The position numbers and the translations under genes are program-made. From Jimgerdemannia flammicorona (Eukaryota), in assembly GCA_003990765.1 (NCBI GenBank), contig RBNJ01000027.1, forward strand, positions 1-50,675: a stretch of 50,675 nucleotides of DNA, written 5' to 3'. A model generated the notes under the pieces. The model saw only the letters and a program-made list of their open reading frames with translations, was not told the DNA's origin and did no database searches. The number at the start of each line of letters is the position of its first letter. Within the stretch, counting starts at the first letter, position 1. Below are positions 1 to 13,700 of this stretch, in pieces.

Positions 1-575
1 TTTTTGCAACAATCACTGAATGTAAGCATTCTCTAATTGTAAATAAATACTATAACAGAAAGGTTGACATTATGAATCAGTAACCATTAGACATATTTTC
101 CTTTACGTGCCCAATTTAATTTGTATTTCGCAACTCGCAATCTTCGCGACCTTCGAAGCCATGGTAGTTATCTACGCCCTGTGCATAACGGTTAGAACTG
201 TCGTTGTCATGGTTGCCCACGAAGCAGGAATTTAAATAGTTGGCAATAAAGGCGTAACAGTATGACTAGCCCATGATGCGGCTTTTTGTCATGTGAAGCT
301 CTTATGAAAAGAGGCGAGGACGCGGACGAGAAGGCTGATTCGGATACTTGGTGTGGTTAATAAGTGATGCATAGTGTATTCGATAGAAACAGGCCTCGAT
401 TTCTATGATGACTCGTGGGATAAAAAGGACAAATCGGTTAAAAAAACCAGCTACAATTTCTAGTCGTCCGAAGGCCTCGCTTTGGACGATTTGACCGGCG
501 GAAATACAAGTTCAAGTGAAATCGTCGCCCTATTAGCTGGATGACTACCCAACCTCACTTCAATCTTGTTCTGAG
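1..575. other. Unidentified CpG-rich segment abutting the leader of element I; possibly the end of a younger non-family insertion
   Basis: No similarity to family-1 sequence. Family-1 leader homology (ggtgaaagtc...) begins abruptly at ~576. Many intact CpGs, unlike the neighbouring DNA. Confidence 0.4.
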
Positions 576-3098
576 GGTGAAAGTCGATAGAGTTGAGCCA
601 CTTGGCTACAGAGGCTTGGGCTTCATGAGGGACTAAGGCTAGAAAGACTGCTGCTGGTTGTCCTAGGTTGCTTGGATTTGTGGAGCTGACAAAACTCTTG
701 TTGAGAAGAGTAAAGAAGGCTTCTATAAGACCTTCTTCATCTTGACTTGCTGGGTGTAGAGCAAGGAGTTCGGTGAATAGGGTTTCACCTATTTGCTGAT
801 TTATCTGGAGTATTTCTTTCTTCGAATGAAGTTTGTCCCACTTGTTGCAGGTGTGGAGGTCAAATTGTCCTTGTATATCAGGTTCAATTCTCTCTAGATT
901 GTCAGATAGTTTAGGGTAAATTCCAGTTCAGAGGTTGGGCTTTATACCAACTTATAGGAATTTATAGAGAGATTTTGTAGCTGAGTGAGAAAGCATCTTG
1001 AAGTGGAATTGGATTGTAAACCACTACTACCAAGTTGTAAGAGGGTTGCTTTTTAGGGTAACTATTATATAGTTCTGAAAGAGTTTTCTAAAAGTTCTGA
1101 ATATTCTGAAAGACTGTTTTCTTATGGTCAAGATTAATTTTGTATAGAGTACATCCTCTATGCTTATTGATTTCAAGATCAGGTTGATGTCTCAACCAAA
1201 GTCCTTTTTCCAGACTAGTTCTAAATATTCAGGATTTTCTGTATTTCAGGAAGTTCAAAAAACTAAGACCAGCTTAGTTGAATTGATGTATCACTGCAGA
1301 CAATACCCAATTAGGAAATTTAATGATAGGGTTAGGAGTGGGACTTAACAGGAAGCAGATTTACTTAAGAGTAGTTTGTGGGTTATTAAATAGGTTTATT
1401 CACTATTTATGATATTGCTATACTAAGAGTAGTTGTGTAAAGGGATATTGTGGGGAAGTATTCAGAAATGTTCTTGTGTGTTCGAGTCTGAGATTCTGAG
1501 GTCTGGGGAAGGGGGTATTTATACTAGTGAGGGGCTATCTGGACTATGCTAAATATGGATGTAGTACTAAGTACCTTGCTGAGTCAGAATACAGTCATAT
1601 AGTACAAGTGTGATCTGACATATCAAGAGATCATCTGACTGCTGAGTCAGTTCACAGTTACATGGTACAAGGCTAATCTAACTATACTATGACTGCTAAA
1701 CTATTTATAGGTTTAGGCACTATCTAGGTAGTCTTCGATGATATCACTATCAATGATATCATCTCTAATGAAGTAGTCATCTAGGAAGAGTGGTTTGCAG
1801 ATTACTTCTCCTTGTTGACTGAGGTAGTAATATATTGGGACTTCATCTCTGTTCCATAGAATTACATCATCTGTCTTATATGCTGGATAGAGTGTTGGTG
1901 GGCAAAGGAGGGGTGCATCATCTTTGCTTTCATTGAATTTACTGTCTGTATATCTTCAGTAGGTTATAGCACTATGAGTTGCAGGATTGTAGTAAGCTGG
2001 TGGCTGTGGTTCATGTTGCTCATACTCAGGTGGTAGAGTAGTTGGTTCAATCTCAAGAGTTGTCTGGAGGTACAAGTTGTGTTCTCTGGTCTCTTCATTA
2101 TAGTTGAAGTAATTGGGGGTAAATACTGGTTGGTATTCATACTAGTGGTCATTGTTCTAATAGGTCTCATAGGTGGTTATGAACTATTGTAAGTTTATTA
2201 GCAGAGTTGGTGGTGTGATCAGAGTTGGTAGAGATCCTTGGCTTGAGGTCATGTCAGTGTCAGAGGGATCATTGTCTTCTGCTTTGTCTTTGTCAAAATG
2301 GATTATATTGTAGATATCCTTCATAGTATATCCAACTTGAGGTATTTGCAGAATATGGTCATCAGGGTGTAGGAAGGTTCTGTCTGTAGTTTCAATGTAC
2401 TCAAGGTACTTGTGGTTGAGTTTTTGTATCATGTCGTTGATTTGGCCATAGAATAGAGTAGCAACCATTTTGCTGGTAGTAACTCGTAGGTAGGGAATAA
2501 AGGTACTGTACTCATAAAAGAGTTCTCAGTATTTGCAGGTGATGAGTTTCTGGTGTTGAGACATCTGGATAATGTCTATATCATAGTGGTGTTTGACTAT
2601 GTCTTCCAGGAGATGGTCAATTTGATAGTAGCTTGAGATTTGTCCAATTCAGTGGGCCTCATTAAGCATGTTCAGGGTGTTCCATCGAGCTTTCATGAAG
2701 TAGAGGGGTGCTAGGCTATGGATATTTATGAGAGGCAGAGGGGGTATAGCTCAGTTGACAATGGTATTCCAAATGTCAGCATGGATGCAGTTGTAGATCT
2801 CAGTAGTCATGTTTGTGTATTTGGAAGTTGTAGTTATTGTTTGTTTTGATTTTCTGTTTCAATACATCTCAGTACTCAGTATATATGCATTTGGTCCTGA
2901 TTGGTAAGATTCTGTTTATGTAAATCTTATGTTCTGTGACTTTGTGTTGACTCAACTTTGTACACTATGACTTCAGTTTGACTTAGCTTTGTAATTGAGT
3001 AGGTGATTTCTAGATTTGTTCAGAGGTCGCATGTGATTTCAGTGGTTTGTTCAGAGGGTGATGTGTGATTTCAGTGGCTTGGAGGTTGTGCACTTATA
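576..3098 (-). mobile_element. Family-1 Ty3/Gypsy element I: 5' LTR (1036-3098), PBS (~1021-1032) and part of the leader; interrupted at 575
   Basis: LTR ends tgtaagaggg at 1036 and cacttata at 3098 (mutated TG). PBS on - strand reads tggtagtagtgg. Inserted in gag of element H (flank ggctt 3099-3103). Confidence 0.9.
1713..2810 (-). pseudogene. U3-encoded LTR ORF (~365 codons, unknown function), copy in element I
   Basis: 1098 nt from ATG to TAA, same span as other copies. ORF 2184..2468 (MVATLFYGQINDMIQ...) is a fragment. Internal stops present. Confidence 0.75.
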
Positions 3099-6000
3099 GG
3101 CTTTGAAGTTAGTATCAACTATACTAATGAAGCTTTGGGCTTCTTGTGCAGTACCATTGAAGATAGGTAGGCTCAGATTTTTGGTGGGTCAGGTCTGTTC
3201 GGCTAAGGCAGTAATAATTGCTGTCATTATAACTACCTGGGCTGTAAGGTCTAGAATCTGTTAGTTTGCCATGTTGTTTACTAGAGGCAGTTAGACTGCT
3301 AGTAGTAGTATTACTGGTACTACTTGAGATACTAGTGCAGAGTGTGATGGGGTTCTTTGAGTCTGTATAAGTTGCTGGAGTAGTAGTTGTGGGTCTGGAG
3401 TAAGGGCTCAATAGATAGCTGTTTGTTGCTATATAGGTGTGTTCTGGCCTGATGGAGGTGCATCTTCTTTGGTAGTATATTCTGGATCGAATTCACTAAG
3501 ATACTCCTCCTCCTCTTCAGTTTGATCCCTATGTAATTGGGTTTGTTTGGCATCAAAGTAAACAGAATCAGTTGTATATCTGATTTCAGATGGACTTAAT
3601 TCAAAGCCAAGTTCTGGTTCAGTATTGGTTTTGAGTTCAGATAGAGCTGTAGCAGGGACTACTTTGGATTCAGAGTCAGGTAGTTGGTGAAGAGTTTCTC
3701 TTGCTTCTTTCTTAAGAATATGGTGGGCCTTACTGTTCTGGAATTGGTAGTATAGTGCAGTCTTGGTCCTGGTATGGTGAAAGTCTATAGAGTTGAGCTA
3801 CTTGGCTACAGAGGCTTGGGCTTTATGAGGAACCAAGGCTAGAAAGACTGCTGCTGGTTGTCCTAGGTTGCTCAGATTTATGGAGCTGACAAAACTCTTA
3901 TTGAGAAGAGTAAAGAAGGCTTCAATAAGACCTTCTTCATCTTGACTTACTGGGTATAGGGCAAGGAGTTTGATGAATAGAGTTTTGCCTATTTGCTGAT
4001 TTAACTGGAGTACTTCTTTCTTTAAATGAAGTTTGTCCCACTTGTTGTAAGTGTGGAGGTCAAATTGTCCTTATATATTAGGTTCAATTCTCTCCAGATT
4101 GTCAGATGGTTCAGGATAAATTCCAGTTCAGAGGTTGGGCTTTATACCAACTTGTAGGAATTTGCAGAAGGGTTTGTAGTGGGGTAAGGAAGTATCTTGA
4201 AGTAGAATTAAATTGTAAACTGCTGCTACCAAGTTATAAGAAGGTTGCTTTTTAGAGTAACCATTACATAGTTCTGGAAGGGTTTTCTGGAAGTTCTGGA
4301 TATTCTAGAAGACTGTTTTCTTAAGGTCAACATCAATTTTATATAGAGTATATCCTCTATGCTTATTGATTTCAAGATCAGATTGACATCTCAACCAAAG
4401 TCCTTTTCTGGACTAGTTCTGGATGTTCAGAATTTTCTGTATTTTAGGAAGTTTAAGAAACTAAGGCCAGCTTAGTTGAATTGGCATATCACTGCAGACA
4501 ATACCCAATTAGGAAATTTCATGACAGGATTAGGAGTAGGACCTAACAGGGAGTGGATTTACTTAAGAGTAGTTTGTGGGTTATTAAATAGGTTTATTTG
4601 CTATTCATGATATTACTATACTAGGAGTAGTTGTATGAAGGAATATTGGGGAGAAGTATTCAGGATTGTTCTTATGTGTTCAAGTCTATTTGAGTCTGAG
4701 ATTCTGAGGTTTGGGGGAGAGAGTATTTATACTAGTAAGGGGCTATCTGGACTATGCTGAATATGGATGTAGCACTTAGTGCCTTGCTGAGTCAGAATGC
4801 AGTCACATAGTATAAGTGTAATCTGATATATCAAGAGATTATCTAACTGCTGAGTTAGTTCACAGTCATGTCATATAAGGCTAATCTAACCATACTATAA
4901 CTACTAAGCTATTTATAGGTTTAGACACTGTCTGGGTAGTCTTCAATGACATCACCATTGATTGCATCATCTCTGATGAAGTAATTATCTAGGAAGAATA
5001 GTTCGCAGATTACTTCTCCTTGTTCACTGAGGTAATAATACATTGGAACTTTGTCACTATCCCACAGGATTGCATCATCTGTCTCATATGCTGGATAAGG
5101 TGTTGGTGGGCAAAGGAGTAGTGCATCATCTTTACTTTCATTAGATTCACTATCTGTATATCTTCTATAGGTTACAACACTATGAGTCATAGAGTTGTAG
5201 TAAGCTGGTAGCTGTGGTTCATATTGCTCATACTCAGGTGGTAGAGTTGTTGGTTCGATCTCAAGGGTTGTCTGAAGATACAGGTTGTGTTCTCCAGTCT
5301 CTTCATTGTAGTTGAAGTAATCAAGGGTGAATGTGGGTTGATATTCATGCCAGTAGTCATTGTTCCAATAGGTCTTATAGGTAGTTATGAACTATTACAA
5401 GTACATTGGCAAGGTTGGCAGTATGATCAGAGTTGGTAAGAATCCTTGGCTGGAGGTCATATCAGTGTCAGAGGGATCATTATCTTCTACTTCATCTTCA
5501 TTGAACTAGATTATATTATAGATATCCTTCATGGCATATCCAATTTGAGACATTTGCAGGATGTGGTCATCAGGGTGCAGGAAGGTTCTATCTGTAGTCT
5601 GGAAGTACTCGAGATACTTGTGGTTGAGTTCTTGTATCATGTCATCGATTTGGCCATAGGACAGAGTAGCAACCATTTCACTGATAGTAACTCGGAGGTA
5701 GGGAATGAAGGTGCTGTACTCATAGAAGAGTTCTCAATGTTTGCAGATGATAAGCTTCTGGTGTTGAGACATCTGGGTAATGTCCATGTCATGGTGGTAT
5801 TCGATCATATCTTCCAGGAGGTGGCTGATCTAGTAGTAGCTTGAGATTTGTCCAATTCAGTGGACCTCACTAAGCATGTTCAGGGCATTCTATCAGACTT
5901 CCATGAAGTAGAGGGGTGCTAGGCTATGGATATTCATGAGGGGCAGAGGGGGTGTAGCTTGGTTGACAATGGCATTCCAAATGTCAGCATGGATACAGTT

Positions 6001-6308
6001 GTAGATCTCAGTGGTCATATTTATATATATTTAGAAGTTGTAGTTATTATTTGTTTTGGTTCTCTGTTTCGATGTGTCTTGGTGCTCAGTATATATATAT
6101 TTGGTCCTAATTGGTAAGATTCTGTTTGTGTGAATCTTGTGTTCCATGACTTCATGTTGACTTAGCTTTGTATACTATGACTTCAGTTTGACTCAGCTTT
6201 ATGATTATGCAGATGATTTCCAGATTTGTTCAGAGGTTGTGTATGATTTTGGTGGCTTGTTCAGAGGGTAACATGTGATTTCTGTGGCTTAGAGGTTGTG
6301 CACTTACA
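3099..6308 (-). mobile_element. Family-1 element H: 5' LTR (4235-6308), PBS (~4220-4231), leader and gag start (ATG 3272); interrupted by element I
   Basis: LTR ends tataagaagg (4235, mutated) and cacttaca (6308). PBS tggtagcagcag. Inserted into the divergent integrase fragment (flank ttgta 6309-6313). Confidence 0.9.
4921..6018 (-). pseudogene. U3-encoded LTR ORF, copy in element H
   Basis: 1098-nt span. ORF 4921..5190 (...DDAINGDVIEDYPDSV) is the C-terminal fragment. Confidence 0.75.
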
Positions 6309-7186
6309 TTGTAGTTGACTTTGCTAACTTTTTCCACAATCTTATATGGTCTAATTCTTCTAGCATAGAGTTTCTTAGCTGGTTGTTGTGCTAGGGTGTC
6401 TGGGTGGAGGTGATCTATTCTAAGTATAACCATGTCACCAATATTATAGGAGACTTCTCTTTGCTTCAAGTTCACATACTTGGTCTGGTAGTCTTGTGCT
6501 TCTATGAGAGCATCTCTTATCATTTGAGTAAGGTCAGAAATGGTCTTGGCCAAATCTTAGACTACTGGGACTGCTGATTTTGCAGTAGTACTTAGGGTTC
6601 TTGGGTGTTGACCATGGTTCAGAAAGAATGGAGTCTTCTTCATAGAAGTTTGCTAACTATTATTGTAGGTAAACTCAGCATGGGCTAGGTACTTGTCCCA
6701 ATCATTTTGCTTGTAATAGCAGAAGATGCTAAGTATCTGTTTGAGAGTCCTGTTGATTCACTCAGTTTGACCATCAGTCTGAGGGTGGTAGGCAGTAGAG
6801 AACTTCAGCTTGGTTCCATGGAGAGAGAAAAATGCCTTCTAGAAATTTCTTGTGAACTTGGCATCTCAGTCAGATACAATAGTACTAGACATGTCATGTA
6901 GCCTGAATACTTGATTGAGGAAAATCTCAGCAATCTCTGGTGCTGTAGCAGTGGTCTTGGTGGATGCAAAATGGGCTTATTTACTGAGGCAGTCTACAAA
7001 TACCACAATGGCATCTCATCCTGCCTTGGTCTTGGGGAGTTGGATAATGAAGTCTATTGCAATCTGATCCTAGTTGTGACTTGGGATTAGTAGCAGTTAT
7101 AGAAGTCCTGCTAGTAGCTTGTTACTACTTTTGAACCTTTGCATATCTTGCAAGAAGTCACAAAGTCTTTGATGTCCTTGATTATC
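6309..7186 (-). pseudogene. Ty3/Gypsy integrase fragment from a family distinct from family 1 (possibly element E)
   Basis: Manual translation gives FVTSCKIC (zinc-binding), IAIDFIIQLPKT, TIVSD*DAKFT, STAYHPQTDGQTE*INRTL and RPYKIVEKVSKVNY. Clearly diverged from family-1 integrase; multiple stops. Confidence 0.9.
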
Positions 7187-7718
7187 TGTAAGAGGGTTGC
7201 TTTTTAAGATAACTATTACATAGTTCTGGAAGAGTTTTCTGGAAGTTCTGGATATTCTGGAAGACCATTTTCTTATGGTCAAGATCAATTTCATATAGAG
7301 TATGTTCTCTACACTTATTGATTTCAAGTTCGGGTTGATGTCTCAACCAAAGTCCTTTTTTCAGACTAGTTCTAGATATTCAGGATTTTCTGTATTTCAG
7401 GAAGTTTAAGAAACTAAGACCAGCTTAGTTGAATTGGCATATCACTGCAGACAATACCCAATTAGGAAATTTCGTGATGAGGTTAGGAGTGAGACCTAAT
7501 AGGGAGCAGATTTACTTAAGAGTGATTTGTGGATTATTAAATAGGTTTATTTGCTATTCATGATATTGCTATACTAGGAGTAGTTGTGTGAAGGGATATT
7601 GTGGGGAAGTGCTCAGGAGTTGTGTTTGGATTGTTCAAGTGTTCAAGTCTGAGATTCTGAGGTCTGGGGGAGGGGGTATTTATACTAGTGAGGAGCTATC
7701 TGGACTATGCTGAATATA
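7187..7718 (-). mobile_element. Family-1 LTR fragment G (U5/R end of a 3' or solo LTR), interrupted by element F
   Basis: Begins tgtaagagggttgc at 7187 with no adjacent PBS, flanked by integrase sequence. Homology stops at 7718 just upstream of the TATA box. Confidence 0.85.
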
Positions 7719-7975
7719 TGTAAGCACACAACCTACAAGCCATCGAAATTATATGTCACCCTCTGAATAAATCTGGAAATCACCTGCTCGATCACAAAGC
7801 TGAGTCAAACTGAAGTCACAGTGCACAAAGCTGAGTCAATATGAAGTCACAGAACACAAGATTCACACAAACAGAATCTTACCAATCAGGACCAAATGTA
7901 TATATATTGAGCACCAAGATGTATCGAATCAGAGAATCAAAACAAACAACAATCACAACATCCAAATATACAAAC

Positions 7976-9073
7976 ATGACCACCAAGATCTACAACCATA
8001 TTCATACTGACATTTGGAATACCATTATCAACCGAGCCATACCCCCTCTGCCCCTCATGAATATCCATAGCCTAGCACCCCTCTACTTTGTGAAAGCCTG
8101 ATGGAATGCTCTGAATATACTTAGTGAGGCCCACCGAATCAGACAAATCTCAAGCTACTACCAGATCGGCTGCCTCTTGGAAGATATGGTTGAACATCAT
8201 CATGACACAGACATTATCCAGATGTCTCAACACCAGAAGCTCATCGCCCGCAAATACTGAGAACTCTTCTACAAGTATAGCACTGTTATTTCCTGCCTCT
8301 GAGTTACTACAGCTGAAATGGTTGCTACCCTGTCCTATGGCCAAATCGATGACATGATATAAGAACTCAACCACAAGTACCTTGAGTACATCAAAACCAC
8401 AGACAGAACCTTCCTATACCCCAATAATCATATCCTGCAAATGCTCCAAGTTGGATATGCCATGAAGGACATCTACGATATAATCCACTTTGATGAAGAT
8501 GAAGCAGAAGACAATGATCTCTCTGACACTGACATGACCTCTAACCAAGGATCTCTGCCAACCCTGATCATACCGCCAATCTTGCTGATGAACTTACAAT
8601 AATTTATAATAGCATACAAGACTTATTGGGATAATAATCATTAGTATGAATACCAACCTGCATTCATCCCCGATTACTTCAACTACAATGAAGAGACCGG
8701 AGAACACAACCTGTACCTCCAGACAACCCTTGAGATTGAATCAACCACTCTACCACCTGAGTATGAGCAATATGAACCACAGCCACCAGCTTACTATAAC
8801 CCTGCGACTCATAGTGCTGTAACCTACAGAAGGTATGCAGACAGCAAATCTGATAAAAGTGAAGATGATGTACTCCTCCTTCGCCCACCAATACCTTATC
8901 CAGCATATGAGACTGATGATGCCATTTTGTGGGATAGAGATGAAGTTCCAATGTATTATTACCTCAGCAAACAAGAAGAAGTAATCCATGAACCACTCTT
9001 CCTAGATGACTACTTTATCAGAGATAATGCAATCGATGGTGATGTCATTGAGGACTACCCAGACAGTACTTAA
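7976..9073 (+). pseudogene. U3-encoded LTR ORF, copy in element F
   Basis: acaaacATGacc at 7976 to TAA at 9073 = 1098 nt; internal stops. Confidence 0.75.
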
Positions 9074-10710
9074 ACCTATAAATAGCCTAGCAGTCATAGC
9101 ATAGTTAGATTAGCCTTATACGACATGACTGTAAACTGACTCAGTAGTCAGATGATCTCTTGATATGTCAGATCACACTTGTATTACGTAACTGCATTCT
9201 GACTCAGCAAGGCACTTAGTGCTACATCCATATTTAGCATAGTCCAGATAGCCCCTCACTAGTATAAATACCCCCTCCCCCAGACCTCAGAATCTCAGAC
9301 TTGAACATACAAGAACATTTCTGAATACTTTCCCACAATATCCCTTTATACAAATACTCCTAGTATAGTAATAGCATGAATAGTGAATAAATCTATTTAA
9401 TAACCCACAAACCACTCTTAAGTAAATCCACTCCCTATTAGGTCCCACTCCTAACCCCATCATGAAATATCCTAATTGGGTATTGTCTGCAGTGATATGC
9501 CAATTCAACTAAGCTGGTTTTAGTTTCTCAAACTTCCTGAAACACAGAAAATCCTGAATATCCAGAACTAGTCTGAAAAAGAACTTTGGTTGAGATGTCA
9601 ACCTGATCTTGAAATCAATAAGTGTAGAGGATGTACTCTATACAAAATTGATCTTGACTATAAGAAAATGGTCTTCCAGAATATCCAGAACTTCCAGAAA
9701 ACCCTCCCAGAACTATGTAATGATTACTCTAAAAAGCAACCCTCTTACAACTTGGTAGCAGTGGTTTACAATCTAATTCCACTTCAAGATGCTTCCTCAC
9801 CCTGCTACAAACCCCTCTGCAAATTTCTACAAGTTGGTATAAAGCCCAACCTCTGAACTGGAATTTATCCTGAACCATCTGATAATCTGAAGAGAATTGA
9901 ATCTGACATACAAGGACAATTTGACCTCTACACCTGCAACAAGTGGGACAAACTTCATTCAAAGAAAGAAGTACTCTGATTAAACCAGCAAATAGACGAA
10001 ACCCTATTTACCAAACTCCTTGCACTACACCCAGCAAGTCAAGATGAAGAAGGTCTTATTGAAGTCTTCTTTACTCTTCTTAACAAGAGTTTTGTCAGCT
10101 CTATAAATCTGAGCGACTTAGAACAACCAGCAGCAGTCTTTCTAGTCTTAGTTCCACATGAAGTCTAAGCCTCTATAGCTAAGTGGCTCAACTCTACTGA
10201 CTTTCACCATACCAGGACTAAGACTGCATTATACTACTGATTTCAGAACAGCAAGGCCTGCCATATTCTTAAAGAAGAAGTAAGAGAAACCCTTCATTAA
10301 CTATCTGACCCTGAACCTGAAGCAGGCCCTGCTATAGCCCTACCTGAATCTGAAACCAATACCGAACCTGAACTTGACTTTGAATTAAGTCCATCCAAAA
10401 TCAGATATACAACTGATTCCATCTACTTTGATGCTGAGTAAACCCAATTATACAGGGACCAAACTGAAGAAGAGGAGGAGTATCTCAGTGGATTTGATCC
10501 CAGATACACTACCGAAGGAGATGCACTTCCATCAGAACAGAACACACCTATATAATAATAAACAGCTATCTATTAAGCCCTTACTCCAGATCCACAACTA
10601 CTACTCCAGCACTTATACAGATCCAAAGAACTCTATCACACTCTGCACCAGTACTACAAGTAGTATCAGTAACACCACTACCAGCAGTCCAACCACTTCC
10701 AGTAAACAAC

Positions 10711-13700
10711 ATGGTGAACCAACAGATTCTAGACCTCACAGCCCAGATAGCCATAATGGCAGCAACCATTACTGCCTTAGCAGAACAGACCCAACCTACC
10801 AAAAATCTGAGCCTACCTACCTTCAATGGTATTGCACAAGAAGTCCAAAGCTTCATTAGTATAGTTGACACCAACTTTGAAGCCAATCAATGGACTAATG
10901 AGCAAGTTGCTGACTGCATTTTGACAAACAATCAAGACCACACTCTGGAACAACTCTTTGCTACTACTACAGCCTATGTCCACCAAGTTGTTACATTCTT
11001 CCAAGGACCTGCCAAAGAATGGTGGTGAACCCTTCCTAAAAAACTCCTCACATGAGATACCCAACCTGCAGTAGTTGCTCAGAATGTAGCAAACAATGCC
11101 CCAGGATATGGAGCCCATCCTGCAGCCCCTGGACTCAAACAACTCATGATTGCCCAATATTACAGTGAAACCATGATTGCTGAATTCTGAGTAAAACTCC
11201 ATAACCTCAAATTCGATGTACATGGTAAAGAAGAATTCAAAACCTTCTATACAAAACTGGAGTCACTCCTGAACACTGTTGGCCTAGGATATATTGCTAA
11301 TGATGAAGCATGAAATGGTACAAGAGCAGACCATTTATTTGATGCTCTACCTGAATAGCTTACTAGAAAAATCTGAGAACAAGGCCATCCAGTTGGTTGT
11401 GATCACCAACAATGGTACCTGGCAAAAATCAAGACTATGGTTAAATACTTAGATCAAGAAAGAAGAACCCAAGCATGAAGCATCCTGAGCTCCCTCTACA
11501 TCTACCTCTTGGACACCCAGAAATCATGAACCCACTCAGCCAAGTACCTTCAAGAAACTTACTGAAGGTGAAAGAAATGAACTTCAAAGAAGCAGAGCAT
11601 ACTTCTATTGCCAAAAGACAGGACACATGGCCAGTCCTGCCCTAACAAAAAACCCCAAACAGCAACACGAGCAACTGTTACCACTCTGCACCACCTCAAC
11701 AACCTGATCACCAGAATACTGGACTTTGTCAAGTTAAGACAAACTGCTAAGGCCCCAATCAAAGAAAGTCAAAAAGCAGCTGGATATGATCTGTATGCAG
11801 CTGAAGAAGCTACAGTTTCCAACTGAGAAGTCAAACAAGTCTATACAGGAATCAGCATCCAAATTCTGGAAGGATATGTTGGAAGAATATGCTGTCACAG
11901 CAGCCTAGCATTGAAAGGACTCTCAGTAGAAGGAGGAGTTATTGATGAAGATTACATAGGCGAAATCATTGTTCTCATTCGAAACCACAGTTGGATGCCC
12001 TTCAAGATCCCTATTGGTTTTTGCATTACCCAGATTCTATTTGAAAAAATCAAGTCAACCCTGATAGTCAAGGAAGTCCCTGAACTACTACCCACTATCT
12101 GAGGATCTAAAGGATTTGGCTCATCAAACAAGGCCCCAACCCAATCTACCACAAACAAAGAAGAACAATTCTACAAGAAGATCAAAGATGGATATATACC
12201 AAGTGGCTGATGCCCTCATGGCATTGGAATGTACTCTTCCCAAATAATTGATGATTGCTTCTCTTGTATCAATGAACTGGCTCAAAGAAGAACCAATAGA
12301 AGGAAAGCCCCTATAACCGAAATCACCACCATTGGATCAGACAAACTGCTTATACTCAAAGCTTTTGTCAACCGAGCACCTGTCAAGATTATGATAGACA
12401 GTGGTGCCTCAGGCAACTTCATCAATGAAGAGACAGCCAACAGACTCAAGGTCTTCACCTCTCTAGTACAGCAAACTCAAGCAGTTGCTACAGCTGATGA
12501 GACCTCACATGTTATTAGCAAAGAAGTCTGTAATCTACCCTTCCAAATTGGTGACTACCGAGTACATGTTACCCTCCAAATCATACCACTTCCTGATAAT
12601 GAAATCATCCTTGGGACTCTATGGTTAAAACAAGAGAACTCCATGATCGATTGGGTAAACCATTCTCTGACCATCAAGAAAGGATGCCACAACTTCAAAT
12701 TGTAAGGTGAAAGAGACCCACTTAATTCTAGTAACCCTGGACCAAAGATCACCCACATCAATAAGCTACAACTTAAGAAATTGGCCAAGAAATGCCCTCT
12801 CTTCACCATCTCCATCCGTCCATTCAAAGGAGAACCTGAGAACTCTGAAGAAGATTTTTTCAAAGTTAACAGCTGTATCAGACCACTACTCCAGAAATTT
12901 CGAGATATATTCCCAAAGAAGCTCCTGAAAGGCCTATCTCCTAAATGAGCAGTAGACCATGCCATCAAGACTATCCCAGATGCCAAACCAGCCTTTAAGT
13001 CAATCTACCATATGTCTCCGAGAGAAATCGATGTACTCAAGAAAGAAATTGATAAACTCCTAGAACAAGGATTCATCAGACCCAGTATATCACCCTATGG
13101 TACACCAGTCCTCTTTGTTGTCAAAAAAGAAGGAGACCTACAAATGTGCATTGATTACCATGACCTCAATGAACAGATCATCAAGAACTATTGCCCACTA
13201 CCAAGGATCGATGAAATATTCGATAGGCTTACCAACCCGCAATTCATGAGCTCCTTTGACCTGTGAAATAGTTACTGGCAAATTGCTATGAAAGAAGAAG
13301 ACATCTATAAGATAGCTTTCTGAACTCGCTATAGATACTTCGAGTTCCTGGTTATGTCTTTTGGCTTAACTAATGCTCCTGCAACCTTCCAGACACTAAT
13401 GAACACTATCCTGCACCCATACTTGGACAAATTTGTTGTTATCTACATTGATGACATCCTAGTCTTCAGCAAAATCCTGGAGGAACATCTCAAACACCTT
13501 GAACTAGTACTACTAAAACTCCGAGAAAACTGACTCTTTGCAAAACTCAGCAAGTGTGAGTTTCTCTTAAAAGAAATCCAATTTCTTAGGCACATTGTCA
13601 CACCAAATGGAATTAAAGTGGACACCAGCAAAATCTCTGCAATCAAAGATTGGCCCAGACCCAAGAAGCTGAAAGACCTTCAGTCATTCCTAGGATTAGC

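Noticed and set aside
21-28. tgtaagca resembling the family-1 LTR start
   Set aside because: Similarity ends after 8 nt; no LTR sequence follows.
5446-5844. Hydrophobic antisense ORFs in LTRs (also 22807..23178, 30481..30819, 43753..44133) as env or membrane proteins
   Set aside because: They are reverse-strand shadows of the acidic U3 ORF, with variable starts and ends between copies.
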